Source: a virus (taxonomy: Duplodnaviria; Caudoviricetes). From it: DNA of 64,000 bases. The DNA is taken from positions 64,001 to 128,000 of the IMG/VR virus record IMGVR_UViG_3300015214_000001, one strand, 5' to 3'. The notes below the pieces were generated by a model. It was not told the origin of the DNA, did not search any database, and was given only the letters and a program-made list of their open reading frames with translations. Of the stretch, positions 1 through 10,158 are shown piece by piece. Numbering within the stretch: the first letter of the stretch is position 1; each line of letters starts with the position of its first letter. A program made the translations under genes and the position numbers.

Positions 1-185
1 ATGAGCTTCAATGCTCTGGTCTGATCGTCATAGACATCTTCAATCAGACCTTTTAATTCGCTAAGATCATCCTGTGTGCTTTTAGGAGTTTCAGTTGGTG
101 GCACAATAGAAATTCCTTCTTCATAGGGGTAAGGCATCTCTGGGGCATCAAGTTCTTCTTCTGTGTTGTTTAAGTCGCTTGTCAT
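1..185 (-). CDS. acidic hypothetical protein, truncated by window edge
   Basis: ATG at 185 preceded by GGAG; open frame MTSDLNNTEEELDAPEMPY... runs off the window start. Confidence 0.6.
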   Translation of the reverse strand, partial: MTSDLNNTEEELDAPEMPYPYEEGISIVPPTETPKSTQDDLSELKGLIEDVYDDQTRALKL

Positions 186-279
186 CGCGCTATTCTCCAT
201 TTTACAATACAAGAACGGCTAGAACAAAGATTCTAACCGTCGAAAGTGTAACACAAGTTTTATTTAATGTCAAAACAAC

Positions 280-612
280 CTATCTACGCAAATATTCCCT
301 GCCAACTTCGGTAATCCGACACCCTTCAAAATGGGTGTCGGGCTGATGGTTACGCATTCTGTGTGATACATCTCTAAATAAGCTCTTTGACATTTCATTA
401 AAGAACCATATCTCATGCTTTAAATAACCCATTGCTACCAATCGAGGCAACAACCCATATTCCTCAGCGCTCATAGAGTGTTGTTGCTGATTATATGGGA
501 TAAAAAATAAACTACCACCACTCTGATTGCTTACTTTACGTAAAAAACTGATTTCTCTGTCTGACAACATAATCATTTTCTCTCTAATTTGTGATAAATT
601 TTTATTCGCCAA
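280..612 (-). CDS. hypothetical protein, possible winged helix
   Basis: 110 aa ORF overlapping the upstream gene; ends with ITEVGREYL, typical of winged-helix C-termini. Confidence 0.55.
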   Translation of the reverse strand: MANKNLSQIREKMIMLSDREISFLRKVSNQSGGSLFFIPYNQQQHSMSAEEYGLLPRLVAMGYLKHEIWFFNEMSKSLFRDVSHRMRNHQPDTHFEGCRITEVGREYLRR

Positions 613-1606
613 TAACTCTACATTTAACAGTTGATATATCTATGTCTACTAAAGCATCACTGTGGTTAAATAAGTAACTCACTCCCCCGCTAATATCAAA
701 ACCTTCAATATCGCCACCAGTCATAACAAGCGCTTCATACGTGTTAGCGAAACTTTCACTCAAGGTCTTTGGCCATTTCATGCTCTCGGGTATCTCAAAA
801 GCGTGTTTAAAATGACCGCACTCATGAGCCATAACAGTTTTAAACACCTCGAGTGTCATTGGCATATATGACTGTTGTGCTACATCACTATATGCAATGC
901 TAAATTCCTTTGATGGAACAACATATATTGTTATCAGTGGATTATTTTGATTTTCGTATGTAGCAAATGTTCCTTGTGGGCTGCTCTTTGGTTTTTTCTG
1001 TAGTTGAACTGTCACAGGATCGGTGACACCTTGAGCATGAAGGCGTGCAATTTCTTCCAAGATAATCACTTTATATTCTGCAAAATTATCCAATGCGGTT
1101 GGTGACACAGGCAAATATCCTTCACGCACTTCAATCACACACTCATATTCTTCACTGGCCAACGCATAGCACGATAAGTTATGAATGATATTGTAATCAT
1201 CTGGCTTTTCGTCACTAGGTTCACCAACGGTTTTATATATATAGCTTCTAGTGGCTAGTCGCCATTCTTGTTGCTCATTGTCATTTACTTCTTTGTCGTA
1301 AAAACCCATCAAATGAAAAATTAAACTTGAATATAGACGAGCAACTTGCACGACAAAATCAACATCGGTTATAGCAGTGTCAATGTAAATTGTTGCTGTA
1401 AAGTTATTGCCAACCTTTTTAATACATTGATCCGCTTTTCCCCTAATCATATTAAACGTGATCGTCAGCGATGAGCCATCTGGCAAATCATCTTCCTCTA
1501 AGATCAAACTGTAAATTTCATCCATTACTTCGCGCCGATACCCACTATGTTGATAGTGGGATGATACATTCAATTTTCCAACTTTATATATTTCTCTGAA
1601 TTCCAT
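602..1606 (-). CDS. zincin metallopeptidase-domain protein (ImmA/IrrE-like)
   Basis: VMAHECGH (HExxH) followed by ESFANTY (ExxAN). Confidence 0.55.
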   Translation of the reverse strand: MEFREIYKVGKLNVSSHYQHSGYRREVMDEIYSLILEEDDLPDGSSLTITFNMIRGKADQCIKKVGNNFTATIYIDTAITDVDFVVQVARLYSSLIFHLMGFYDKEVNDNEQQEWRLATRSYIYKTVGEPSDEKPDDYNIIHNLSCYALASEEYECVIEVREGYLPVSPTALDNFAEYKVIILEEIARLHAQGVTDPVTVQLQKKPKSSPQGTFATYENQNNPLITIYVVPSKEFSIAYSDVAQQSYMPMTLEVFKTVMAHECGHFKHAFEIPESMKWPKTLSESFANTYEALVMTGGDIEGFDISGGVSYLFNHSDALVDIDISTVKCRVIGE

Positions 1607-1767
1607 ATCTTTGTCTTTTCTTAATTAGATATTTTGTCAGATGATACAGACTGAGGTAATAAGTGTCAATAGCGACTTTCAAAGTAGGTTTAAAAGGGTG
1701 GTAAAATGATATACATCACTTAGAGCATATATGCTCACTATTTTATCCATATGGAGTTACATAAATC

Positions 1768-2205
1768 ATGGAATTTGACTTAAGTGTTGTTTTAGGGCAA
1801 GTTATTTTATATTTAGGTGCTATTGGTGGTTTAGCGGCCGCAGTCACACTGGCAGTTGAACATATCAAGGCATTGGGATTCCAGACACTGAAAGAACAAT
1901 CAAGTGACACTACCTATTTATGGGTTATTTATGCCACACGATTTGTCTTGACGCTGTTTGGTTATTTCTATATTTGGGGTGGCATTGCAACAATTAGAGA
2001 ATTGTTGCCGATCTTCGCACCAGTTCCAGATCACGGATTAACAATCATCACTATTTTGCTTATCGTTGCTGGCGAGGAAGTTATCCATAATCTATATGAT
2101 CGTATGGTGCTTGCTAAAGAAGCCTATAGTAGCGCTGTTAACGAATTGGAAAATGCAGGCAATACAAGCTATAATACCAGAGATGACATTGACGCATTAG
2201 GTTAA
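1768..2205 (+). CDS. membrane protein, possibly holin-like
   Basis: About 3 hydrophobic segments, GGAG RBS, downstream hairpin terminator. Confidence 0.55.
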   Translation: MEFDLSVVLGQVILYLGAIGGLAAAVTLAVEHIKALGFQTLKEQSSDTTYLWVIYATRFVLTLFGYFYIWGGIATIRELLPIFAPVPDHGLTIITILLIVAGEEVIHNLYDRMVLAKEAYSSAVNELENAGNTSYNTRDDIDALG

Positions 2206-2303
2206 TGTCATCTCTGCCCAGAATAAGTTTTGCTATATCATAAGCCTCTTTTATTAGGGGCTTTTTATTCGCTTAATTTCCTCATCAACTACAGGAGTAT
2301 GCA

Positions 2304-4790
2304 ATGTCTTATAACCCCGATAACCGAACAAATTTACCACTTGGAAAAATTCCTCAAGACTTAGCCACATATACAGTATCTCTAACTGATAATAGCAGAA
2401 CTGTGATGGAAAAAAGATATGTAAGAAAAAACGAACATGGAGAATTATCTGAGACTATTCAAGATGTATTTTGGAGAGTGGCTAGTAATGTTGCTGTAGC
2501 CTACAACCAAGGGGATGCCGCTATCGCGTTGGCGCGAGAATATTTCAAGATGTTAGCTGATCTCGATTTCTTACCTAATACACCAACTTTCACTGGCGCA
2601 GGAACACCGTTAGGCAATTTATCAGCTTGTTTTGTTTTACCACTTGAAGATGACATGGGTAAGTCAGATGATGGTATTTTCCAAACCTTGCGAAATGCAG
2701 CATTAATCCAGCAAGCAGGTGGTGGGAATGGGTTTTCATTTAGTAGACTACGAGCAAAAGGTGCATTAGTAAAGTCATCAAATGGAGTTTCTACTGGGCC
2801 GATTGGATTTTTGCAGGCTTTTGATAAAGCGTTTGATGTGATTAATCAAGGTGGCGTTAGACGCTGTGCGAATATGGGCGTTTTAAGTGTTCATCACCCT
2901 GATATTAAAGAATTTATCACATGCAAAGCCGACGAGACTTCTATCACTAATTTTAATATCTCCGTTGCAATCACTGATGATTTCATGGATGCGGTTGTCA
3001 ATGATACTGATTATGATTTAATTGAGCCTTCCACTGGTGAAACAGTTAAACAATTACGCGCACACGATATTTTAGATTTGATTGCAGAATACGCGCACCG
3101 CAATGGAGAGCCTGGCGTGCTATTTATGGATCAAGCTAATCGAGGAAACCCAATTCCTCACATCGGCAGATATGAAGCAACAAACCCATGTGGTGAACAG
3201 AATCTTTTAGGCTATGAAAGTTGCAATCTCGGGTCGATCAATCTTGCTAACCATGTCAAAGATGGCGCAGTAGATTGGGATAAACTGCAACGAACAATTG
3301 AAATGGCAACTCAATTCCTTGATAATGTCATTGAAGTCAATAAGTATGTAGAAGCCGTTCCGCAATTACGTGAAGCGGCTTTGCGATCACGTCGCATTGG
3401 ACTTGGTTTTATGGGACTAGCCGACATGATGATCCATCTCGGTCTGCGCTATGGTAGCGTCGAAGGGCAAGAGTTTGCTGGTCAAATTACCGAGTTTATT
3501 CGCTATCACTGCATGAAAACAAGCGTAGAACTAGCTAAGAAGTTTGGGTCATTCCTAGCGATAGAAGGAAGTATTTATGATCCCAATAATTTGACTTGGA
3601 TTCCTCCATCGCCATTAACCCCATATCAGCACTTAGAGCGATGGAATCGTCCTGTTTTTAATTGGACAGAAATAACAGAAGGAATTCTTAGATATGGCAT
3701 CCGCAATGCTGCTCAAACTACAATCGCGCCTACAGGAACAATTGCCACTATTGCTGGTTGTGAAGGTTATGGTTGCGAGCCTATCTTTGCATTAGCTTAT
3801 GTCCGCCATGTTCTTGATGGTGAGACACGCTTCACGCTAAATTATGGTAGTCCATTGTTACAGAGAGAATTAACTAATCACGGGTTATCAGAAGAAGATA
3901 TTGCAAAAATCGTAGAGCAAGTAAACCATAGTGGTAGTTGCCAAAATGTTTTACTTATTCCCGAAAAACGTCGTAACTATCTAGTCGTTAGCGCTGACAT
4001 TACACCTGATGAACACGTTTTAATGCAATCTAGCATTCAAGCCTTTATTGATAACAGCATCAGTAAGACTATTAACATGCCATCAAGTGCTACAATTCAA
4101 GATGTTAAAGATGCTTACGTTCAAGCATGGAAGCAAAAATGTAATGGTCTGACTGTTTATGTCGCAGGGAGTCGAGAAAAAGAGGTTTTACAAACAGAAG
4201 CCACGCAAGCTAAAACTCAAGCTACGCAAGAAACTTCAACGCCAGCTTTACCTAACTATGCCAATAGTGTGAAGTTAGCAAGACCTAAAACCCTAACAGG
4301 CTATACGCACCAACTCAAAACACCTGCTGGAACAATCTATTTAACTATCAATGAAATTGAAGATGGGGATGATAAACAACCATTTGAAGTGTTTATTAAC
4401 AGCGCTAAAGCAGGGTCTGAAATTGCTGCAATATCAGAGGCAATCGGGAGACTAATATCGTTGTTATTACGCCAACCTTCTAACATCCCTCCAATTGAGC
4501 GTGTTCAAGAAATCGTTGAGCAACTCAAAGATATTGGTGGTGGGAGATCATTAGGTTTTGGCCCTAGTCGCATCAGTAGCTTCCCTGATGGTGTAGCTCA
4601 TGTTCTACAACAATATGCTGATAGATACAATCACAAATTGTCAGAAACTGTATCACAGCCATTCGCAGTAAACAATCAGCAACAGTATAACATCCAACTT
4701 GGTGACATCTGTCCCAGTTGTGGAGAGACAACGCTTATTCGTAGAGAAGGATGTATATCTTGTCACTCATGTGGATATAGCGAATGTTAA
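2304..4790 (+). CDS. nrdJ: class II (adenosylcobalamin-dependent) ribonucleotide reductase
   Basis: PNTPT, SACFV, TNPCGEQ, CNLGSIN, TIAPTGT and ISKTINMP motifs; C-terminal TSCPD-like domain and CPSC..CHSC zinc ribbon. Confidence 0.95.
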   Translation: MSYNPDNRTNLPLGKIPQDLATYTVSLTDNSRTVMEKRYVRKNEHGELSETIQDVFWRVASNVAVAYNQGDAAIALAREYFKMLADLDFLPNTPTFTGAGTPLGNLSACFVLPLEDDMGKSDDGIFQTLRNAALIQQAGGGNGFSFSRLRAKGALVKSSNGVSTGPIGFLQAFDKAFDVINQGGVRRCANMGVLSVHHPDIKEFITCKADETSITNFNISVAITDDFMDAVVNDTDYDLIEPSTGETVKQLRAHDILDLIAEYAHRNGEPGVLFMDQANRGNPIPHIGRYEATNPCGEQNLLGYESCNLGSINLANHVKDGAVDWDKLQRTIEMATQFLDNVIEVNKYVEAVPQLREAALRSRRIGLGFMGLADMMIHLGLRYGSVEGQEFAGQITEFIRYHCMKTSVELAKKFGSFLAIEGSIYDPNNLTWIPPSPLTPYQHLERWNRPVFNWTEITEGILRYGIRNAAQTTIAPTGTIATIAGCEGYGCEPIFALAYVRHVLDGETRFTLNYGSPLLQRELTNHGLSEEDIAKIVEQVNHSGSCQNVLLIPEKRRNYLVVSADITPDEHVLMQSSIQAFIDNSISKTINMPSSATIQDVKDAYVQAWKQKCNGLTVYVAGSREKEVLQTEATQAKTQATQETSTPALPNYANSVKLARPKTLTGYTHQLKTPAGTIYLTINEIEDGDDKQPFEVFINSAKAGSEIAAISEAIGRLISLLLRQPSNIPPIERVQEIVEQLKDIGGGRSLGFGPSRISSFPDGVAHVLQQYADRYNHKLSETVSQPFAVNNQQQYNIQLGDICPSCGETTLIRREGCISCHSCGYSEC

Positions 4791-4837
4791 ACAAAAAGGG
4801 GGTGGAGAGCATTAGTTCTCCACCCCCCCTTTTTGTT
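4790..4837 (+). terminator. intrinsic (probably bidirectional) terminator
   Basis: aacaaaaagggggtggagag / ttctccaccccccctttttgtt hairpin between convergent genes. Confidence 0.8.
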
Positions 4838-4910
4838 CTATTTTACAATGAAGTTAAGCACCACCACATAATAATATAAAATACTGATTAGTAGTAGTTT
4901 TAATAAATTC

Positions 4911-5932
4911 TCAAATTGCTGATAGTTCATCTGTCGCATTAGTTTTCCCTCTCATACCAGATAGAGATTTGAATACTTCTTTCCCTATAGCATAAGCCAT
5001 ATTTACAGGAACTGCGTTGCCAATTTGCCGATACTGGCTACTCATGCTGCCTGCGAATTGCCAATCATCAGGGAATGTTTGAATCCGCGCATTTTCGCGC
5101 ACACTCATCGGTCTATCTTCTAAAGGATGACAACGCTCTGTAAATCGCTGGCTTGGCGCTGTTAACACTGTTAAACTAGGCTCATCCATGCTTAGTCGCC
5201 TTAAAACACCATAACTCCCGCCATGAGGAATAATCTTTTCAACATAATCTTGAACGATCTCAGGTGGGGCATGTCGCCAATGTCCACCTTGTGGGATATG
5301 GCTAAATAGGCGTTTCTTAACATCTGGGTACTTCGCGCATAAACTGTCTGGCACATTTTTAATAACATCACCCAATACTGGCCTATTTTGTAATGGGGGG
5401 GGTAATTGAAGTCAATATCAAGATCATATCTTGTGCCGATCAAAATTGCGCGTTCTCTTTTCTGCGGAACATTGTAATCCCACGCATTTAATACTTTCCA
5501 GACAACTCTATAGCCAATATCTTCAAAAATAGACAGAATTGTATTGATTGTTCTGCCTTTATCGTGCGTTGCTAAACCTTTGACATTCTCAAAAATAAAC
5601 ATCTTAGGTTTGAAGTGCTGCAAGAAACGAGCATACTCATAAAACATCGTTCCACGTACATCTTCAAACCCCATCTTTTTACCAGCATAAGAAAAACTTT
5701 GACATGGTGGCCCGCCAGACAAAACATCAATTTCACCATTATATACATCGCTAGGATCAACTATTGCGATGTCGTTGCATACCACGTTCCAATCAGGCCG
5801 ATTGATCTTGAGCGTATTTGATGAATGTTTATCGTTATCAATCGTTGCTACGGCATTAAAACCAGCCATTTCTAACCCCAACGCAAGGCCACCTGCACCA
5901 CAGAACAATTCCAACACAGTTGGACTACTCAT
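4911..5932 (-). CDS. C5 cytosine DNA methyltransferase, frameshifted at a C8 tract (5395-5402); Sau96I/Eco47II-like TRD
   Basis: LFCGAGG, GGPPCQ, ENV and QKRER in ORF 5201-5932; RRLSMDEPSLT..ERCHP and QIGNAVP in ORF 4911-5375; adding one C joins them (NYPPPLQNRPVLGDV). Confidence 0.9.
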
Positions 5933-6278
5933 TGATTCGCCTTTCTTCTAATTCTCTCCATTGTGTAAAATGGCCATGTACAACTTTAATAGCAATGTTG
6001 ATGTCATCTTCATTAGGTTTACTATCAAAAGGAAACGAAAATGCCATTAACTGAGGGTTAGCAGCATTATGATGTTGTTGGCCATCGTAAAAAGCGATCC
6101 TTACCATGATATATGCGTAAATGCTACCTTTTATATCGCTATGTAACATCGCTGAATTTTTTGCGATACCACGATAGACATGGTGAGTCTTATTCAACAA
6201 AGGATGTTGATAGTTCACCATGTCATCAATAAGAGATTGTATTTCAACTTCGTTAGATGTTAACGTTTCTGACTTCAT
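5925..6278 (-). CDS. hypothetical protein
   Basis: 117 aa ORF coupled by overlapping start/stop in a minus-strand operon. Confidence 0.65.
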   Translation of the reverse strand: MKSETLTSNEVEIQSLIDDMVNYQHPLLNKTHHVYRGIAKNSAMLHSDIKGSIYAYIMVRIAFYDGQQHHNAANPQLMAFSFPFDSKPNEDDINIAIKVVHGHFTQWRELEERRINE

Positions 6279-6427
6279 TTGCGTGGAGGATTAGCTTTAA
6301 TCGCCGTTTTTGTTCTGTTAACAAGGCTGGCATGATTAGTAGCCTTATTTGAAACGGCGCGAGACTTCATAGATGCTAATACTAAGAAAAATAGAACAAA
6401 GACAATAAAAATCAGTGATAAGAGCAT
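6275..6427 (-). CDS. small membrane protein (50 aa), not in ORF track
   Basis: MLLSLIFIVFVLFFLVLASMKS...; fills the gap with overlaps at both ends. Confidence 0.6.
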   Translation of the reverse strand: MLLSLIFIVFVLFFLVLASMKSRAVSNKATNHASLVNRTKTAIKANPPRK

Positions 6428-6705
6428 TACTCATTTACCCTTCTTAATCCTACTGGGGTGCAAGTGTCAAATTTCATCAACTGGCGTGTTACTGATTTGA
6501 TTTCCTCAGCTGTAATTGTTTCAGATGTCATGGTATCAATTACCACTCGTTCCACTTCTTGCCGAACGTCATCGTCATTAAGGCCGATCATGTGAATGAT
6601 TGAAGCCATGCCATCAACGTTTTCTTGGTTGTTTTGCGCCTCAATGTATGCTTGAGTATTGGCGGCTATCCACCATTCCCTCATAGGTGATCTAATCTGG
6701 CTCAT
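6427..6705 (-). CDS. hypothetical protein
   Basis: Probable start MSQIRSP within ORF 6427-6786; operon context. Confidence 0.55.
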   Translation of the reverse strand: MSQIRSPMREWWIAANTQAYIEAQNNQENVDGMASIIHMIGLNDDDVRQEVERVVIDTMTSETITAEEIKSVTRQLMKFDTCTPVGLRRVNE

Positions 6706-7045
6706 CACTTTTTCCCTCATTATTTCTTGTGGAAAATCCATGCAAGATAAGAACAACATGGATTGAAATAAACACAAAAATAGCATCTAGCCATGATATA
6801 GCTAAAAACATAAACACCATCGTTACTGCCCACATGAGGTATATCGTAGCTATATTCAGCATTTGCTTGTTAGGATTATCACCTTGAAGTGCATATCTCA
6901 GAACCTCAGACAATATAACCAAGATAATGAATGAACATAGACTTAGTGCAATATTGACACCAATTAAGCTCCTTACCCATGACATTAGAACAATGCTCAG
7001 GATAAGAAACCAAGAAAACATACTCTTAGGAATATTGTCGATCAC
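6692..7045 (-). CDS. membrane protein
   Basis: About 4 hydrophobic segments. Confidence 0.65.
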   Translation of the reverse strand: MIDNIPKSMFSWFLILSIVLMSWVRSLIGVNIALSLCSFIILVILSEVLRYALQGDNPNKQMLNIATIYLMWAVTMVFMFLAISWLDAIFVFISIHVVLILHGFSTRNNEGKSDEPD

Positions 7046-7224
7046 TTATCGCTCCTTGTTAATATGCCCCATGCTACAATAAATACCATTGGAATAATCA
7101 ACGTCATGCCAATGGTAAACCAAACTGCAAGAAATGGATCACCAGTTAAATGGTTCACTGTGACCATACTTGTCACATATAGCGCAATAGCTATCCAAAA
7201 GAATAACGGTGACGCTTTATCCAT
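7042..7224 (-). CDS. small two-TM membrane protein
   Basis: 60 aa with two hydrophobic segments; overlaps its neighbours. Confidence 0.6.
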   Translation of the reverse strand: MDKASPLFFWIAIALYVTSMVTVNHLTGDPFLAVWFTIGMTLIIPMVFIVAWGILTRSDK

Positions 7225-7571
7225 ATTGCCCCCTTTTTGAATTTTTTTCGTTGGATTATCTTATCTGAAATCTCGGTTGTTCCCCACTGACGACTATGGC
7301 ATAAGAAGCCGCTTCCGTCGTTATCTGGCGCAACAAATAAATCATTAATGATAATGATTGTGTTTTTTTCGCCACCAAATAACTCATCCAATTCGTACTG
7401 AACAAGTTGTCTTTGGTTTTCCCATACCCGATAAGCATCAACAAATCGCTTATTGAAATAGCTGTAACGAGTAGTTCGTGGCTTCTTAGCTAAGAATACC
7501 ATGTTGCTATGATATGATGCTAATCGACCAGCATCACTCACTAACTGATTTACATCAGAATAACTAACCAT
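7191..7571 (-). CDS. hypothetical protein
   Basis: 126 aa ORF with GGGAG RBS. Confidence 0.65.
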   Translation of the reverse strand: MVSYSDVNQLVSDAGRLASYHSNMVFLAKKPRTTRYSYFNKRFVDAYRVWENQRQLVQYELDELFGGEKNTIIIINDLFVAPDNDGSGFLCHSRQWGTTEISDKIIQRKKFKKGAIWIKRHRYSFG

Positions 7572-7643
7572 TTACTCCCTTTCTTTATTCAATCTTATTT
7601 TCACCAAGAATACAATACAACTGTTAGGCTTGTCAAACCTCAA

Positions 7644-8680
7644 TTATGAAATGTTGCTATGATCGTTTAAACTGTACATATCACTTGGTGATTTCTTAAT
7701 AATTGACAAAATATTATCAGCAATCCGCTTGATGACAGGAACAGCTACTGAGTTTCCAATTTGCTTATATAACTGAGTATCGGACATCTTATTAGGCAGT
7801 ACGTATGTTTCAGGGAATCCTTGTGCGCGAAAACACTCACGTGGGGTTAATTTTCTATATATGCCGTGCCTGATAATAATTGGCACATTGTGACCACCAC
7901 CGCCCATATTTGCAGTCAGCGTGGGAATTACACCTGATTTATTTTCACGGATATAGCGCCGCCGACATTGATATACTATCCCCTCTTTCATATCGTACCC
8001 AGTAAGTAAGTCATAAATACTACTAGAACTTGTATAGTGATATTTATCTGATACTTCATCATCTAGTAAGTCCGTAACAGTTTTCGACAATAAAATGGGT
8101 TCGGGGAATTTGAATTGCTCGTAATCACTATCATTGATAAATCCGACTATGTAAATACGCTCTCTATTCTGTGGCACATTGCCATAATCTTTTGCATTTA
8201 GCACTTGATATTTTATTTTATACCCCATGCTATTTAATGTTTTTTCTATAACTTGAAAGGTGTTACCTTTATCATGACTTACAAGGTGTTTAACATTTTC
8301 TAAAAACAGGACTCGTGGTTTGATTTCCATACCATTGATGATGCGAACCAACTCAAAAAAAGCATTTGACCTATCATCATTGAAACCCTCTCTTAAACCA
8401 GCGACGCTAAAAGGTTGGCACGGGAAACCAGCAACAACCACATCACAATTTGGAACTACATCACTGTTAATATTAGCAATATCATCTTCTATGTGATGGC
8501 AACGATATGTTGAAATACCCCCCCCGTAATGGGTTCGTTGCAGAGATTCGCTCGATATGTTGTCGAAGCATATTTATCTCTATCATTCCCAAACACAATC
8601 GTAGCGCCAGCTAATTCAAAGCCCAGTTCAATCCCACCGACACCAGAGAAAAAACCTGCTACTGTAGTTCTAGTATCCAT
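7644..8680 (-). CDS. C5 cytosine DNA methyltransferase, frameshifted at a G8 tract (8518-8525); Bsp6I/Fnu4HI-like TRD
   Basis: FFSGVGG in the upstream fragment; AGFPCQ, ENV, QNRER, PTLTANMGGGGHNVP and QIGNSV downstream; adding one G joins them (ITGGGISTYRCHHIEDDI). Confidence 0.9.
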
Positions 8681-8691
8681 AAAAAACCTTT

Positions 8692-8898
8692 CTAAACCCA
8701 TCTATCTTTATTGAAAACGCTATTTCTTGCATAAAAACCAACAACCCAATACTTATAGTATTCCACCTCTAATTCGACAAGTGTTTGCAATCCTAAAAAA
8801 TCTGGATGAGGCTTTGGTTTATACTTACCCAGTAAGCCTTGCCTATAGCCACGTTCAGTCGTTGTCTCCATCCTATCACCCCTTCTTAGCAATAACAA
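8692..8898 (-). CDS. hypothetical protein
   Basis: Short ORF between methyltransferase genes; likely start METTTER. Confidence 0.45.
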   Translation of the reverse strand: MLLLRRGDRMETTTERGYRQGLLGKYKPKPHPDFLGLQTLVELEVEYYKYWVVGFYARNSVFNKDRWV

Positions 8899-10102
8899 TA
8901 TACTCTTTATTCATTGTGGTTTGTTTTTCACCAATTACATTAGAAGGCGCATTCAAGATAGGCATCGCTTTTGCTGATAATAAGCGTTCTATAGTGATTT
9001 CATGACGCAGACCATTCAATTCTAATTGTTCAGCGATAAATTGATCTGTTGGCATAATTTCGCCACACACTCTGCGATTACCCACCACGTAAATAGCTGT
9101 CCCATTTTCGTTAACTCTATCGGAGACATCACTGATAGAGTGCGCCAAATCAGAGTAAAACGAATAAACAGCCTGTGATCGCTTTTCATCTCGCGGTTTT
9201 AGACTTAACATCAGACGATCTATCACCTCAGAATGAAATTGCCTGTGGTGGTTTATACCACCCATCATAAGTCGATCCATATTTCCAACGTCATTAAATC
9301 CTGCTAAATACTCGTTTGCAAACCGCGAGAATTCACCATACGCAACCGTTGTTTTACTGTCCCCATACGGTGGACTAGTAAGCACAACATCATATTTTTC
9401 GAGATTGTTAATTTCATCATTAATGCTAACCGTTATTTCTTTGGCATGTTGTAAATAATGTTGTTCATAAGATAAAATAATACTATCAAAGTGTTTTAAG
9501 AACAACTCAATCATATCAGGTTTAAACTTTGCGATTTGCTTTGGGGTCATTCGGTAGCGCTTAAACTCACCCTTGCGAACATAAGATGCTGACCGAATTG
9601 CATTTACGAACGCAAGATCAACTAGTTGTTTACTGCTTGAAATACCCCCCCCCGTAGCTTTAGCAATAATTTCACTTAACATATAAATATCGTCAAGAAC
9701 TTGTTGAGAGAACCAATAAGATTGGTTTTTAAATAGCTGACGACATTTACTGGGCGATGCTATTTGTTCTGTAGCGATTAGTTCCTTTATGGTTTGTTTC
9801 ATATGATTTATATCGTCTTGGTCAATCAATGTGAAACGAACAGTCGATATTAACCTAGCTAAAGGGTTAATGTCTGCTCCATAAAAACTTTTTACCCCGT
9901 TCTCTAATCCAGCAACAAATGACGATCCAGTTCCGCAATAGGGGTCTAACATAGAACTAGGTCGCAAATCTAAATCCTCAAATAACTTAATCCCTATCTG
10001 TGGCAACATAGTCGCAGGATAGGGATGTAACTTTGGATATTTATTATGATAACCCTCACTAATGAAGTCATAGTGAGGGTTATATTCTACTTTATAAGCC
10101 AT
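8876..10102 (-). CDS. N4-cytosine DNA methyltransferase (alpha class, MvaI-like)
   Basis: LHPYPA, DPYCGTG (motif I) preceding TSPPYGDSKTTVAYGEFSR (motif IV); in-frame G9 tract at 9645-9653. Confidence 0.85.
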   Translation of the reverse strand: MAYKVEYNPHYDFISEGYHNKYPKLHPYPATMLPQIGIKLFEDLDLRPSSMLDPYCGTGSSFVAGLENGVKSFYGADINPLARLISTVRFTLIDQDDINHMKQTIKELIATEQIASPSKCRQLFKNQSYWFSQQVLDDIYMLSEIIAKATGGGISSSKQLVDLAFVNAIRSASYVRKGEFKRYRMTPKQIAKFKPDMIELFLKHFDSIILSYEQHYLQHAKEITVSINDEINNLEKYDVVLTSPPYGDSKTTVAYGEFSRFANEYLAGFNDVGNMDRLMMGGINHHRQFHSEVIDRLMLSLKPRDEKRSQAVYSFYSDLAHSISDVSDRVNENGTAIYVVGNRRVCGEIMPTDQFIAEQLELNGLRHEITIERLLSAKAMPILNAPSNVIGEKQTTMNKEYIVIAKKG

Positions 10103-10158
10103 GCGCTCAACCTTTCATTTGTTGGGCATTTTAGCATTATTACAATGTATATACAAGA

